Under the pieces are notes generated by a model that saw nothing but the letters and a program-made list of their open reading frames with translations, was not told the origin of the DNA and did no database searches. From positions 8,190-72,189 of IMG/VR virus record IMGVR_UViG_3300005937_000009: a stretch of 64,000 nt of DNA. One strand, given 5' to 3'. A program made the translations under genes and the position numbers. Numbering within the stretch: position 1 is the first letter of the stretch; every line of letters begins with the position of its first letter. This DNA comes from a virus. Lineage: Duplodnaviria; Caudoviricetes. Below, piece by piece: positions 55,286 to 62,774 of the stretch.

Positions 55286-55552
55286 CTTATTGCCCCCCTT
55301 GACAACGCTATTTACCTTCTCCTGCGTTGCTGGCTAATGTGTGACACTTCTGATTAACAATCTAACCTTACTACTACAGTAATAAGTACCATTTTTAGTG
55401 CGCATGTGTGATCAGGACGCATTAAAGTTCACAAATATAAAAGCCGCTCGGCTGGCACACCGAACGGCTTTATCTCTCCAACATGGCCCGCCATTCCTCG
55501 TTATCGGGCCGGGAGGACATTAACACACTCTGATTAAAGAGTCACGCCAAGT

Positions 55553-55777
55553 CTACCCTTGCGCACTGCGCACGATCCCCACGATGATCATGACAATGAG
55601 AACGAACGCCGCATACAGCAATGCTGGCCAGAGGGCTATTTGAACGCGGCGCCAGAGCGCACGCCGCATCTCCGCTGGCGGCAATTCGGTGATGAATAGA
55701 TGAGACCGCCCGAAGTCGGCCTCTTCCCGGTAGAGTCGTTTGATATAGCGGTAAAATCGTTTGATGTATTTGATCAT
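55553..55777 (-). CDS. Small membrane protein
   Basis: Start MIKYIKRF after AGGGGAG; C-terminal TM helix. Confidence 0.5.
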   Translation of the reverse strand: MIKYIKRFYRYIKRLYREEADFGRSHLFITELPPAEMRRALWRRVQIALWPALLYAAFVLIVMIIVGIVRSAQG

Positions 55778-56016
55778 TTCCCCTCCCTGATCTTCTGCGC
55801 TATCGTCTCTAGGCACGCGCACCACGCACATGCCGTAGATTCATCGTATGGGGCGATGTGGCCATGCCGGGGATCGTTGTTAATGGATTCGGCGATCTGC
55901 GCGCACCGCTCCCGCTCCTGCGCGACAATCGCGGTAAGCGCATCCCGCCAGGGCATCAGCCATATTAACCGCTGGAACTCTTTCAACAGGTCATCGCTGA
56001 TCGTCGGTTCGCCCAT
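55774..56016 (-). CDS. Hypothetical protein
   Basis: AQERERCAQIAE..CAWCAC..IAQKIR. Confidence 0.5.
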   Translation of the reverse strand: MGEPTISDDLLKEFQRLIWLMPWRDALTAIVAQERERCAQIAESINNDPRHGHIAPYDESTACAWCACLETIAQKIREGK

Positions 56017-56320
56017 GCTCCTCCTCTTCAATCTCTTGAAGCTTTGCATCCCATGCCTCATCGGTGGGAGCGGAGAGAAAGCCCATGCGATACCATAGCT
56101 CTAACTGAAAATCCCGCGCCCCTCGGCAGACGTGCGCCTTGAGCCGTTCGCCATTGTGCCGAGTCAACGCCTTCCCTGTCGAATGGCATAATGGGGTAGA
56201 ATGTAACGCCCGGTCCATAAGCATCGGTTTCAAGCAAGCCCACTCTTCGGCCTGCCCCTCCAGCCATGGGCACGTTTTACAGTTCCGCTTGCGAACCGGA
56301 TACTTTGCGGTTTTCATCAT
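55991..56320 (-). CDS. Cys/His zinc-binding hypothetical protein
   Basis: CKTCPW..LCHSTG..CRG. Confidence 0.55.
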   Translation of the reverse strand: MMKTAKYPVRKRNCKTCPWLEGQAEEWACLKPMLMDRALHSTPLCHSTGKALTRHNGERLKAHVCRGARDFQLELWYRMGFLSAPTDEAWDAKLQEIEEEEHGRTDDQR

Positions 56321-56552
56321 ACACCTTTTGCAGATTGAGCCAGAAATGCGCGGGCCTGGTCAGCACTCGCCCCAACTCCTCCGCGATCGCTGCTGTAATC
56401 GGTGCCTTCCCAGCGCAAAGATCCGTGATCTGTTCGCGGGTCAATTTGGTGTGAAAGTATAGGCGTTGCTGCGACCAATCGTTAAACAGCATGTATTCGC
56501 TTAAGATCTCCCCTGGATGCGGCACAGTGTCAGGGGTGTAAGGTTCGCTCAT
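56277..56552 (-). CDS. HigA-family antitoxin-like HTH protein
   Basis: PHPGEILSE..WSQ..I...AE.L..V..PAHFWLNLQ..YD. Confidence 0.85.
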   Translation of the reverse strand: MSEPYTPDTVPHPGEILSEYMLFNDWSQQRLYFHTKLTREQITDLCAGKAPITAAIAEELGRVLTRPAHFWLNLQKVYDENRKVSGSQAEL

Positions 56553-56761
56553 GGTTCAATCTCCTGTGGGAACTCTTCAGCCGGTGGGCTGCACGAACAA
56601 TCGCCCGTTGGGTCTATGGTCTGCTGATATGACCATTGCATCAGGTCCATTACCGTGACATCGGACGCGAGTTGATCAGTTTGCAGCAAGTAATCTGCCA
56701 ACAACTCATCAAGGCAACGGTGCAAAAGTATATGCCGTTCAATGTGCTCATCGCGCGTCAT
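56549..56761 (-). CDS. Hypothetical protein
   Basis: RH..LHR.LDELLADYL..T..V.DLM.WS. Confidence 0.55.
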   Translation of the reverse strand: MTRDEHIERHILLHRCLDELLADYLLQTDQLASDVTVMDLMQWSYQQTIDPTGDCSCSPPAEEFPQEIEP

Positions 56762-56769
56762 GTGACCTC

Positions 56770-57072
56770 CTACATGGGTATCACTTCCTCAAGGTGCGGA
56801 AACTGCATTGGTCGCATTGGGACTGGTGCGATGCTCATCACGCAATAGCCTTCTCTGATGCCTCCCAATGCAATATCACCGGGCATGATATAGAGCACCT
56901 GAACCAACGTACTGCGCTCGGTGTATTGGCCGGTGTGCGGGTTCCACTCCCGCAAGTGCAATGTATCACCGACAGCGAATGCCCGGTCATTCTTTCGCAC
57001 TTCGAAAGTCTTGGCCCCTTCCATGATGGCCTGGAAGTATTGCGGCCAGGTCTTGAGTTCGTGAATGTTCAT
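56770..57072 (-). CDS. ASCH/DUF3850-family protein
   Basis: IHELKTWPQYFQAI..GAKTFEVRKNDR.F.VGD.L.LREW. Confidence 0.85.
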   Translation of the reverse strand: MNIHELKTWPQYFQAIMEGAKTFEVRKNDRAFAVGDTLHLREWNPHTGQYTERSTLVQVLYIMPGDIALGGIREGYCVMSIAPVPMRPMQFPHLEEVIPM

Positions 57073-57078
57073 AGTCTC

Positions 57079-57528
57079 TTAATCGTTGTCGCTGATGTTG
57101 GCTACACCTTCTAAGTAGAACTGATTTCGCACGTTGATGGGTAACCCGGTAGCCTTCCTGATCTTGTTAATCGTTTTCTTGCCAATGCGATGCGGATTAC
57201 TTGGGCTGGTTATCTGATACATCCAGCCGGAGGAGATGTTGAGTGCTTCGGCCAACGCCTTCTTAGTCTTGAATCCGTTTTTCTTCTTGGGGTCAAGTGC
57301 GCCCCCAAGAAATCGCCTCAGTCCGCCATCGTAAAAGACGGCCGGGGGTGCTCCCATCACAATAGCGAGTTTCTTACGCTGCTCGGCTTCACTCTCTTCA
57401 ATTATTCTTTGCTCTGCTCTGGCTGTATTTTCTGGACTCTTCACAAGCCGGGGTCTCTCGATCGGCTGGGTCGTCGCTGCTCTCTTTGGCTGTTTTACGG
57501 TTGGTTTCTGTCGCTGAATAATGCTCAT
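57079..57528 (-). CDS. HTH (XRE/Cro-like) protein
   Basis: KKALAEALNISSGWMYQI. Confidence 0.6.
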   Translation of the reverse strand: MSIIQRQKPTVKQPKRAATTQPIERPRLVKSPENTARAEQRIIEESEAEQRKKLAIVMGAPPAVFYDGGLRRFLGGALDPKKKNGFKTKKALAEALNISSGWMYQITSPSNPHRIGKKTINKIRKATGLPINVRNQFYLEGVANISDND

Positions 57529-58472
57529 TCATCCTCCATGATTTTCTCGGCCATGCATTTAAAGGTGTCTTTATCGCGCTGTGGGAATGTCTCAGCCTTT
57601 GATAATTGGTCGAGGTAGGTAACTATAAACTTATTCGCCTTCAGTGTCATTTCACACAGGCGCATATCTTCCATCGGTCCCGTGACTGTCACTGTGAGAG
57701 TTGTAAAGGTGGTAATGTTCCATCGGTTCGGCGTCTCCAAATTATCCAACGCGGGTATGGATTCCGTTAACGCGTGAGTGTTAATTGTGGGGAGAGAATT
57801 TGCCGGGGGCTGCGTTGCCGGCTTGTGGCCATTGGTCTCTTTCACCGGGTTATTTATCTCTTGGCTTGCGCGGCCATGCGAAGTGCAGACATTGATGCAA
57901 CGATCGAAATAAGTGGCCGGCTTGCCGAAATAGACCGCGAGTTTAGCGGCATTATGCCGGCTCACATTCCGCAATGTCTTGCCGTCTTGAAGATGATTAT
58001 TATACTGTATAACTTGCAGGCTGCTTCTTGGTATTCCAGATTCCCTACAGATATCAACCAATGTTTTATTGATTCTCGCCTTCTCTATCAAGGGTAGCGC
58101 GAGATCGGCAAATGTCGGGCCGGTCTTCTTGTGGCCGTTCTGGGGTGATTTTGGTTTTGGTGATGGCGCAGTCTTGTTTTTCTTTTTTTTACCCCGGCTG
58201 CGCGGTACGTAGTTGGAAATATTGATACAGTGATCAAAATAGTCGTCGGGTTTGCCTAATCGGCGCGCTGCCATTATTGCCATGTCCCGTGATACGCCCA
58301 TCAATGCACCGTTTGCCTTATATCTCGGCGCTAGCGCTTGACAGAGGCTACCGGGCAATAATCCGCTGTCGGTACACATCGCGGTAAGGTTCAATGGCGG
58401 GTCGTGCTCCTGCATCGCTTGTCGGCAGGCTTCATGGAATGCAATCCCCTTGTTCTTCTGTGACATATCCAT
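57525..58472 (-). CDS. Protein with two tandem XRE-like HTH domains
   Basis: Duplicated module ..SG...SL...VSR..A......GKP..YFD.CIN. Confidence 0.6.
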   Translation of the reverse strand: MDMSQKNKGIAFHEACRQAMQEHDPPLNLTAMCTDSGLLPGSLCQALAPRYKANGALMGVSRDMAIMAARRLGKPDDYFDHCINISNYVPRSRGKKKKNKTAPSPKPKSPQNGHKKTGPTFADLALPLIEKARINKTLVDICRESGIPRSSLQVIQYNNHLQDGKTLRNVSRHNAAKLAVYFGKPATYFDRCINVCTSHGRASQEINNPVKETNGHKPATQPPANSLPTINTHALTESIPALDNLETPNRWNITTFTTLTVTVTGPMEDMRLCEMTLKANKFIVTYLDQLSKAETFPQRDKDTFKCMAEKIMEDE

Positions 58473-58479
58473 CTCCTCT

Positions 58480-58953
58480 CTAACTGACCTTTGGCAACTT
58501 CAGTTTAGGCAATACTTCTTGCCCGTTGCTCACCTTATTGATCGTGACCACGTTCGCATTTTGCGCAATCATCGTTAGGACGATTCCAGACGCATCCAGG
58601 CGTAGCCTCTGTTCTGCTGTCAATTGAGATCTATCTTCGGGGGTCACATGTTGCAGGGTCTTCAGTCCGCGCACTGCGGCCCGGCGTGCGCCTTTGACTT
58701 TTCGATCGACCTTTCGCGTTTTGTCCTGCGGGTCACATCGCCTGAGACCAGTTCCCCGTACAATTTCGAACATAAAATGCTTTTCGTTCTCTAAAATGCG
58801 TTGAGCAGAGCGGAGATAGGGAGCGGCTTTCTTTTGTACATTCTCCCCTATAGCTTCGGACAATTCGCCGTAGCTGATCAAGTCGCCCTCTTTCATCTCG
58901 CTCAACAATGATACTAGCTGTTCGGTCTCAGGTCTTCTTGTCCAGTTGTTCAT
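58480..58953 (-). CDS. Probable winged-helix partner of the Cas7-like gene
   Basis: GDLISYGELSEAIG..YLRSAQRIL..F.IVRGTGLRR; its SD (AAGGAG) is the end of pentamer tract C. Confidence 0.6.
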   Translation of the reverse strand: MNNWTRRPETEQLVSLLSEMKEGDLISYGELSEAIGENVQKKAAPYLRSAQRILENEKHFMFEIVRGTGLRRCDPQDKTRKVDRKVKGARRAAVRGLKTLQHVTPEDRSQLTAEQRLRLDASGIVLTMIAQNANVVTINKVSNGQEVLPKLKLPKVS

Positions 58954-58968
58954 ATTGCATAAATCTCC

Positions 58969-59494
58969 TTGTCTCGTCTTGTGTTGGCATGTGATGTCCG
59001 GTTTCGTTTGGTCTGATCATGTCGGGGCGCGTCATATGCCGTCAGATCTAATCTAATCTCGTCTCGTCTGGTCGTATCGTGGTTTTTTACATTGCGTCTT
59101 GTCGCGTCCTGTCCTGTCAGGTCATATTGAGTCGCGTTGTATCCCGTTGCATCATGTCTTGACTGGGTAACCGATGATAGCGATATAAATTCTTGTCGTG
59201 TGTCGTCAAGTCGAATCAAGTCGAATCGCGTGAAATCCAGTGTTATCGCATCGCATCGAGTGTTATCCTGTCATTACTAGTCACGTCGAGACTAGTCACG
59301 TCGAGTCGCATCAGGTCAAATTGAGTCCGATGTTGTCTGATCTAGTCATTTCATATCCCGCCGCTTCTGGTCGTGGAAAACTATAAGTGCAAGATATTCT
59401 CGTCTTGTGTTGTGTTGGCATGTGTAGTTTGGTGTCATCTCGTCAAATCCCATCTTATGCCATCTGGTTTCATCACATGGCGTCTCGTCTTGTC
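58969..59494 (-). repeat. Three phased xAY-NN pentamer tracts downstream of the Cas7-like gene (A 59395-59494, B 59188-59372, C 58969-59163)
   Basis: 20, 37 and 39 consecutive in-phase 5-nt units, e.g. GAC AA GAC GA GAC GC CAT GT GAT GA, separated by 22-24 nt linkers. Confidence 0.9.
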
Positions 59495-60071
59495 ATTGCG
59501 CCTCAAGATTGATCCATTCAGCGTCCGAAACATCAAACCGCCCATAAATCCCGTTGTTCTGTACTCGGAATGAACCGACGCCGATAAATGCCCCCGCCTG
59601 TTTCAAATACCTGATAAATATCTCCTCTGTGATCAAATCATCAAGAATGTACCACTGCACGGTGCCATTCCAAGCATCAATGCGCGGGAATGTCCGCAGG
59701 ACACGCGAAGATCCGCCGCGTTTGCCGTCGGCCGGTACAAAGCGGGTCTCCCCTTGTACCTGATCGGCTTTGATGTGTAGGTCTACCGGGTCCATTACCA
59801 GAATCCCAGACACAAAATGCTTGGTCCAAGTGGCTTGACCCTTTCCCTTGATTTTCTCTCCTAGAAATTGTGCGGCAGCGCTGATACAGTTCTTAAACGC
59901 GAAAGGGGGAATAAAGACCATACCGTCTGCGTTGATGTGCATGCGATTACGCCATGTTCGCTGTTCGTATGCTTCCGGGGATTCTTTGGTATTTTCTTTC
60001 GGGGTATTATGAAAACGCGAAAACGAAATGGGGGCCAGGGATTTTAAATGAGTCTTACATAGCCTTGTCAT
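59493..60071 (-). CDS. Standalone RAMP/Cas7(Csm3)-like protein (Vipr-like)
   Basis: beta1 LKSLAPISFS, FIPPFAFKNCISAAA, RVLRTFPRI..W, G-rich loop LKQAGAFIGVGSFRVQNNGIYGRFDV; no other cas genes nearby. Confidence 0.75.
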   Translation of the reverse strand: MTRLCKTHLKSLAPISFSRFHNTPKENTKESPEAYEQRTWRNRMHINADGMVFIPPFAFKNCISAAAQFLGEKIKGKGQATWTKHFVSGILVMDPVDLHIKADQVQGETRFVPADGKRGGSSRVLRTFPRIDAWNGTVQWYILDDLITEEIFIRYLKQAGAFIGVGSFRVQNNGIYGRFDVSDAEWINLEAQ

Positions 60072-60097
60072 AGTCTCCTATATGCTCCTTCAATTGA

Positions 60098-60603
60098 TAT
60101 TCTTGTCGGGTCTAGTCTAGTTGTGTGTTGTCCCGTGTTGTCTGGTCGTGTCCCGTCTGGTCGTGTAGAATGCCGTCCAATCCTGTCTAATCACGTCGGG
60201 TGCATGATGTCTTTCTCCTCTCTCCTGATGGGTAGCTATCTCGTCTTGTGTCGTGACATCTGGTCTCATGTTGTCAAGCCTTGTCCCGTCCGGACTGGTC
60301 AGATGTAATCGCATGTTGTCGCGTCATATCTCATGACGTGAGGTGGTGTTCGGTTATATCCCGTTGCGTCGAGTTGCATCTAATCGCATCAAGTAGGGTC
60401 ATATCTGGTCATATCTGGTCATATCTGGTCATGGTAAATCCTCTTACAAGATAATAGCCATTACTACTAGGTGAACTCTCGTCTTGTCGTATGCCATCCT
60501 GTTCCATCTGATCGTATCCCGTCATATCAGGTTGTGTCGGGTTGAGTCTTGTTCTGAGTTATCTTGTCCCATCACATTCCATCCCGTGATATCCCGTCTA
60601 GTC
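60098..60603 (-). repeat. Three phased xAY-NN pentamer tracts upstream of the Cas7-like gene (D 60474-60603, E 60236-60440, F 60098-60202)
   Basis: 26, 41 and 21 consecutive in-phase 5-nt units separated by 33-nt linkers. Confidence 0.9.
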
Positions 60604-60607
60604 ATGG

Positions 60608-60674
60608 GTGCGCATTCAATTTCACTTGACGTGCGCACAGGGCAAGTATAGACTGAGTATTGCAAACAATACAA
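60608..60674. promoter_or_regulatory. Overlapping divergent promoters with paired GTGCGCA(T/C) boxes
   Basis: Boxes at 60608 and 60631; plus TTGACG-17-TAGACT (60626-60654); minus TTGTAT-18-TATACT (60674-60645). Confidence 0.65.
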
Positions 60675-60694
60675 GGGATTTTACCTAGTAGCTA

Positions 60695-60901
60695 ATGAGT
60701 AAAAATGATCGATTGATTACCACCATGGAGGCCGCCGAAATGCTCGGCGTGACCGATATTGCCATCAGGCAGCGGATATATCGGGGCACGCTCACGGCGC
60801 AGAAGCCAAAGGGTAGCCGTCAATGGTGGGTATGGTGCTCGGCAATTGAGCGCATTAAGCAGGAGAAAAACAGGATAGAGAACCCGGCCCGCCCTCGGTA
60901 A
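60695..60901 (+). CDS. Excisionase/MerR-like HTH protein
   Basis: LITTMEAAEMLGVTDIAIRQRIYRGTL.A.K..RQWWV. Confidence 0.8.
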   Translation: MSKNDRLITTMEAAEMLGVTDIAIRQRIYRGTLTAQKPKGSRQWWVWCSAIERIKQEKNRIENPARPR

Positions 60902-61002
60902 AGGGAAGTTACCGAACTACGAGCGGGCCTTGACCGACAACGGGGTAGCGCTGTCGGCGTTCGCTTTTTAGCACGCCCAGCGCTCTAAACCAAGAGAGCG
61001 CA

Positions 61003-61239
61003 ATGAGAACCATTGATTTAATATTGTGGGAAACCGTGCAATGCACCAGCGGGCATATCACGGATACCGTGATTGTGCCCAAGGATCTCGCAGAGGAAGC
61101 CGGCTTCAGCCAGGGGGAGCGGGCCGACTATCGGGACTATGAACAACTGGAACAGCGCGAGCGGCAGATTGAGCGGCGACGGCGCATGATTCCCCCGGCT
61201 CCAGCACGCGAAGCGAGGCCGCGCAGGAGGGCGGCATGA
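61003..61239 (+). CDS. Hypothetical protein
   Basis: 78 aa, ATGA overlap with the next gene. Confidence 0.5.
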   Translation: MRTIDLILWETVQCTSGHITDTVIVPKDLAEEAGFSQGERADYRDYEQLEQRERQIERRRRMIPPAPAREARPRRRAA

Positions 61240-61865
61240 TCAATCACGATTGGCCGGACATCTATATTGATCCGATGCGATGGCCGGGAGAGGAAGACGA
61301 ACCGTATCACGCGCCGTCCCCTGCCCCGGCCAGCTATGCGCCCTCTCCCGAACCAGTATACGCTCAATCTTCGGGCTATGGCTGACAGTCCGATTCCTGC
61401 GGGTCGCAGGAGAGCGGAGGCGGCAGGCAACTATGGGCGCATCGGGATCATGAGGGTAGCCAGTCGCAGGCTAACCACGAGTTCGGGCATGTGGCCATGG
61501 GTAGGGCGCTTGGATATCAACTCGGTGGCGCGCAGATCGGGGGTAGCCCGCAAGCCCATGGCGATATTCCCGAAAGCCAGGCTTACCATCGAGCGCTGTA
61601 CTACGTCGCGGGTGGCGTGGCCAACGAACTCTTGGGCGGCAACGAGTGGGGGCGCTTTTCAGATGAAGATGTAGCGGTGACCGAAAGGTGCGCGGCCAGG
61701 GTCGGCAAGAGCCTTGAGGATATCAAAGATGATGCCCGAGAGAGATTGCAAAAGCCCGAAGTTATGGCCGCGCTCAGATCTGGGGCGCATCGGTTGAGAA
61801 ATTATGGTTGGGTGAGCAGCTCAGAAGCTACGGCAATCTGTAGACAAGCGGGGATGAAGGTATGA
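61236..61865 (+). pseudogene. HExxH metallopeptidase-like gene interrupted by one in-frame TGA (61383-61385)
   Basis: SD AGGAGG + ATG 61236; after the TGA the same frame gives ANHEFGHVA...YVAGGVANE...DED..., ending at 61865. Confidence 0.6.
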
Positions 61866-62455
61866 CTGGTTATGATTGGGATGCATTGAAGGTCGCGGAT
61901 TACGTGTTGTTCGATGCCGCGCGGGAGCGGCGCAACGATTTACCGAAATATCTACAGAAGCCGGCAGAGGTGTTGAGGAAGACGCAATATATGTGGGCTC
62001 ACCTTCAATGCTCATTCTGGCACGGTGGCGAATATGAGCTTACGCATTGGACCCGATGCACAAAGGAGGGCGTTCTCTTGGAGTCCAAGGGCGCACAGAG
62101 CTACACGCGGCGATTGTTTCGAGAGGGCAGTTTTCATGCTCACTTCCCCGACGTTGAGCGCCGATGCGGGCCGCGCGGTGTGACAGAGTTTCTCTACGAA
62201 GTTCTGATCGAGACTCAAAAACTTAATCGCCATGGTTATGTCTTTGATCAAGAGGAGATCGAAAGATATTGGTTGCGGACCTACAGCGGCAGTAATCCCG
62301 TGCTGACCTGCGAGGAGATCGCAGAGCGAGCGTGCGAGTATTTCAAGCGCGCTCTGGAGTCGAGCCAGCAACCACAACTTATTCGGGTCCGTTTCGCCCC
62401 CATGGGCGCGGCCCGGTGGACAGAGGCGGAATGGAAGCCGACAGCAAGGAGATGA
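61862..62455 (+). CDS. Hypothetical protein, C-terminal half possibly T-fold (QueD-like)
   Basis: FHAHF..CG..G..YEVLIE..L...GYVFD..CEEIA. Confidence 0.45.
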   Translation: MTGYDWDALKVADYVLFDAARERRNDLPKYLQKPAEVLRKTQYMWAHLQCSFWHGGEYELTHWTRCTKEGVLLESKGAQSYTRRLFREGSFHAHFPDVERRCGPRGVTEFLYEVLIETQKLNRHGYVFDQEEIERYWLRTYSGSNPVLTCEEIAERACEYFKRALESSQQPQLIRVRFAPMGAARWTEAEWKPTARR

Positions 62456-62459
62456 CAAG

Positions 62460-62756
62460 ATGACATTCAAGAAGTTCCCGACGAAGGAAGCGCTGAGCCT
62501 GGCTCGTGAGCATTGCTCGCGGGGATCAAGGTATACACACGAACAGGTTGCCGACGATATCCATGAGGCAGGTTTGCACTTTGACGATTGGGCGGCAGCC
62601 GCAAGGCAAATACAGGATATAGATCCTGATGATGAAGATGAGGATACTTTAGAAGCTGAATCACATATTGGTGAAGTTGAAGATCATTACCGCTCAGTGG
62701 ATAGGGAACAATTAACTTTAAAGCAACTCCGCAGACGGGATGATGAGCGGTGGTAG
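62460..62756 (+). CDS. Hypothetical protein with acidic patch
   Basis: SD AGGAG; DIDPDDEDEDTLE. Confidence 0.55.
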   Translation: MTFKKFPTKEALSLAREHCSRGSRYTHEQVADDIHEAGLHFDDWAAAARQIQDIDPDDEDEDTLEAESHIGEVEDHYRSVDREQLTLKQLRRRDDERW

Positions 62757-62774
62757 AGAAGTAAGAGAGGATGT

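Noticed and set aside
58950-59219. 89-aa ORF (DTTRRDE-rich) in the ORF track
   Set aside because: It is a translation of the pentamer tract; the D/T/R/H pattern follows directly from GAC-NN periodicity
60117-60314. 65-aa minus ORF and 61-aa plus ORF over tracts E/F
   Set aside because: Same repeat-derived artefact; neither resembles a protein family
58969-60603. CRISPR array next to a Cas7-like gene
   Set aside because: There are no 25-40 nt direct repeats with unique spacers; the repeat unit is 5 nt
61383-61385. Selenocysteine recoding of the in-frame TGA
   Set aside because: The codon is in a disordered linker rather than a redox motif, and I see no convincing SECIS hairpin
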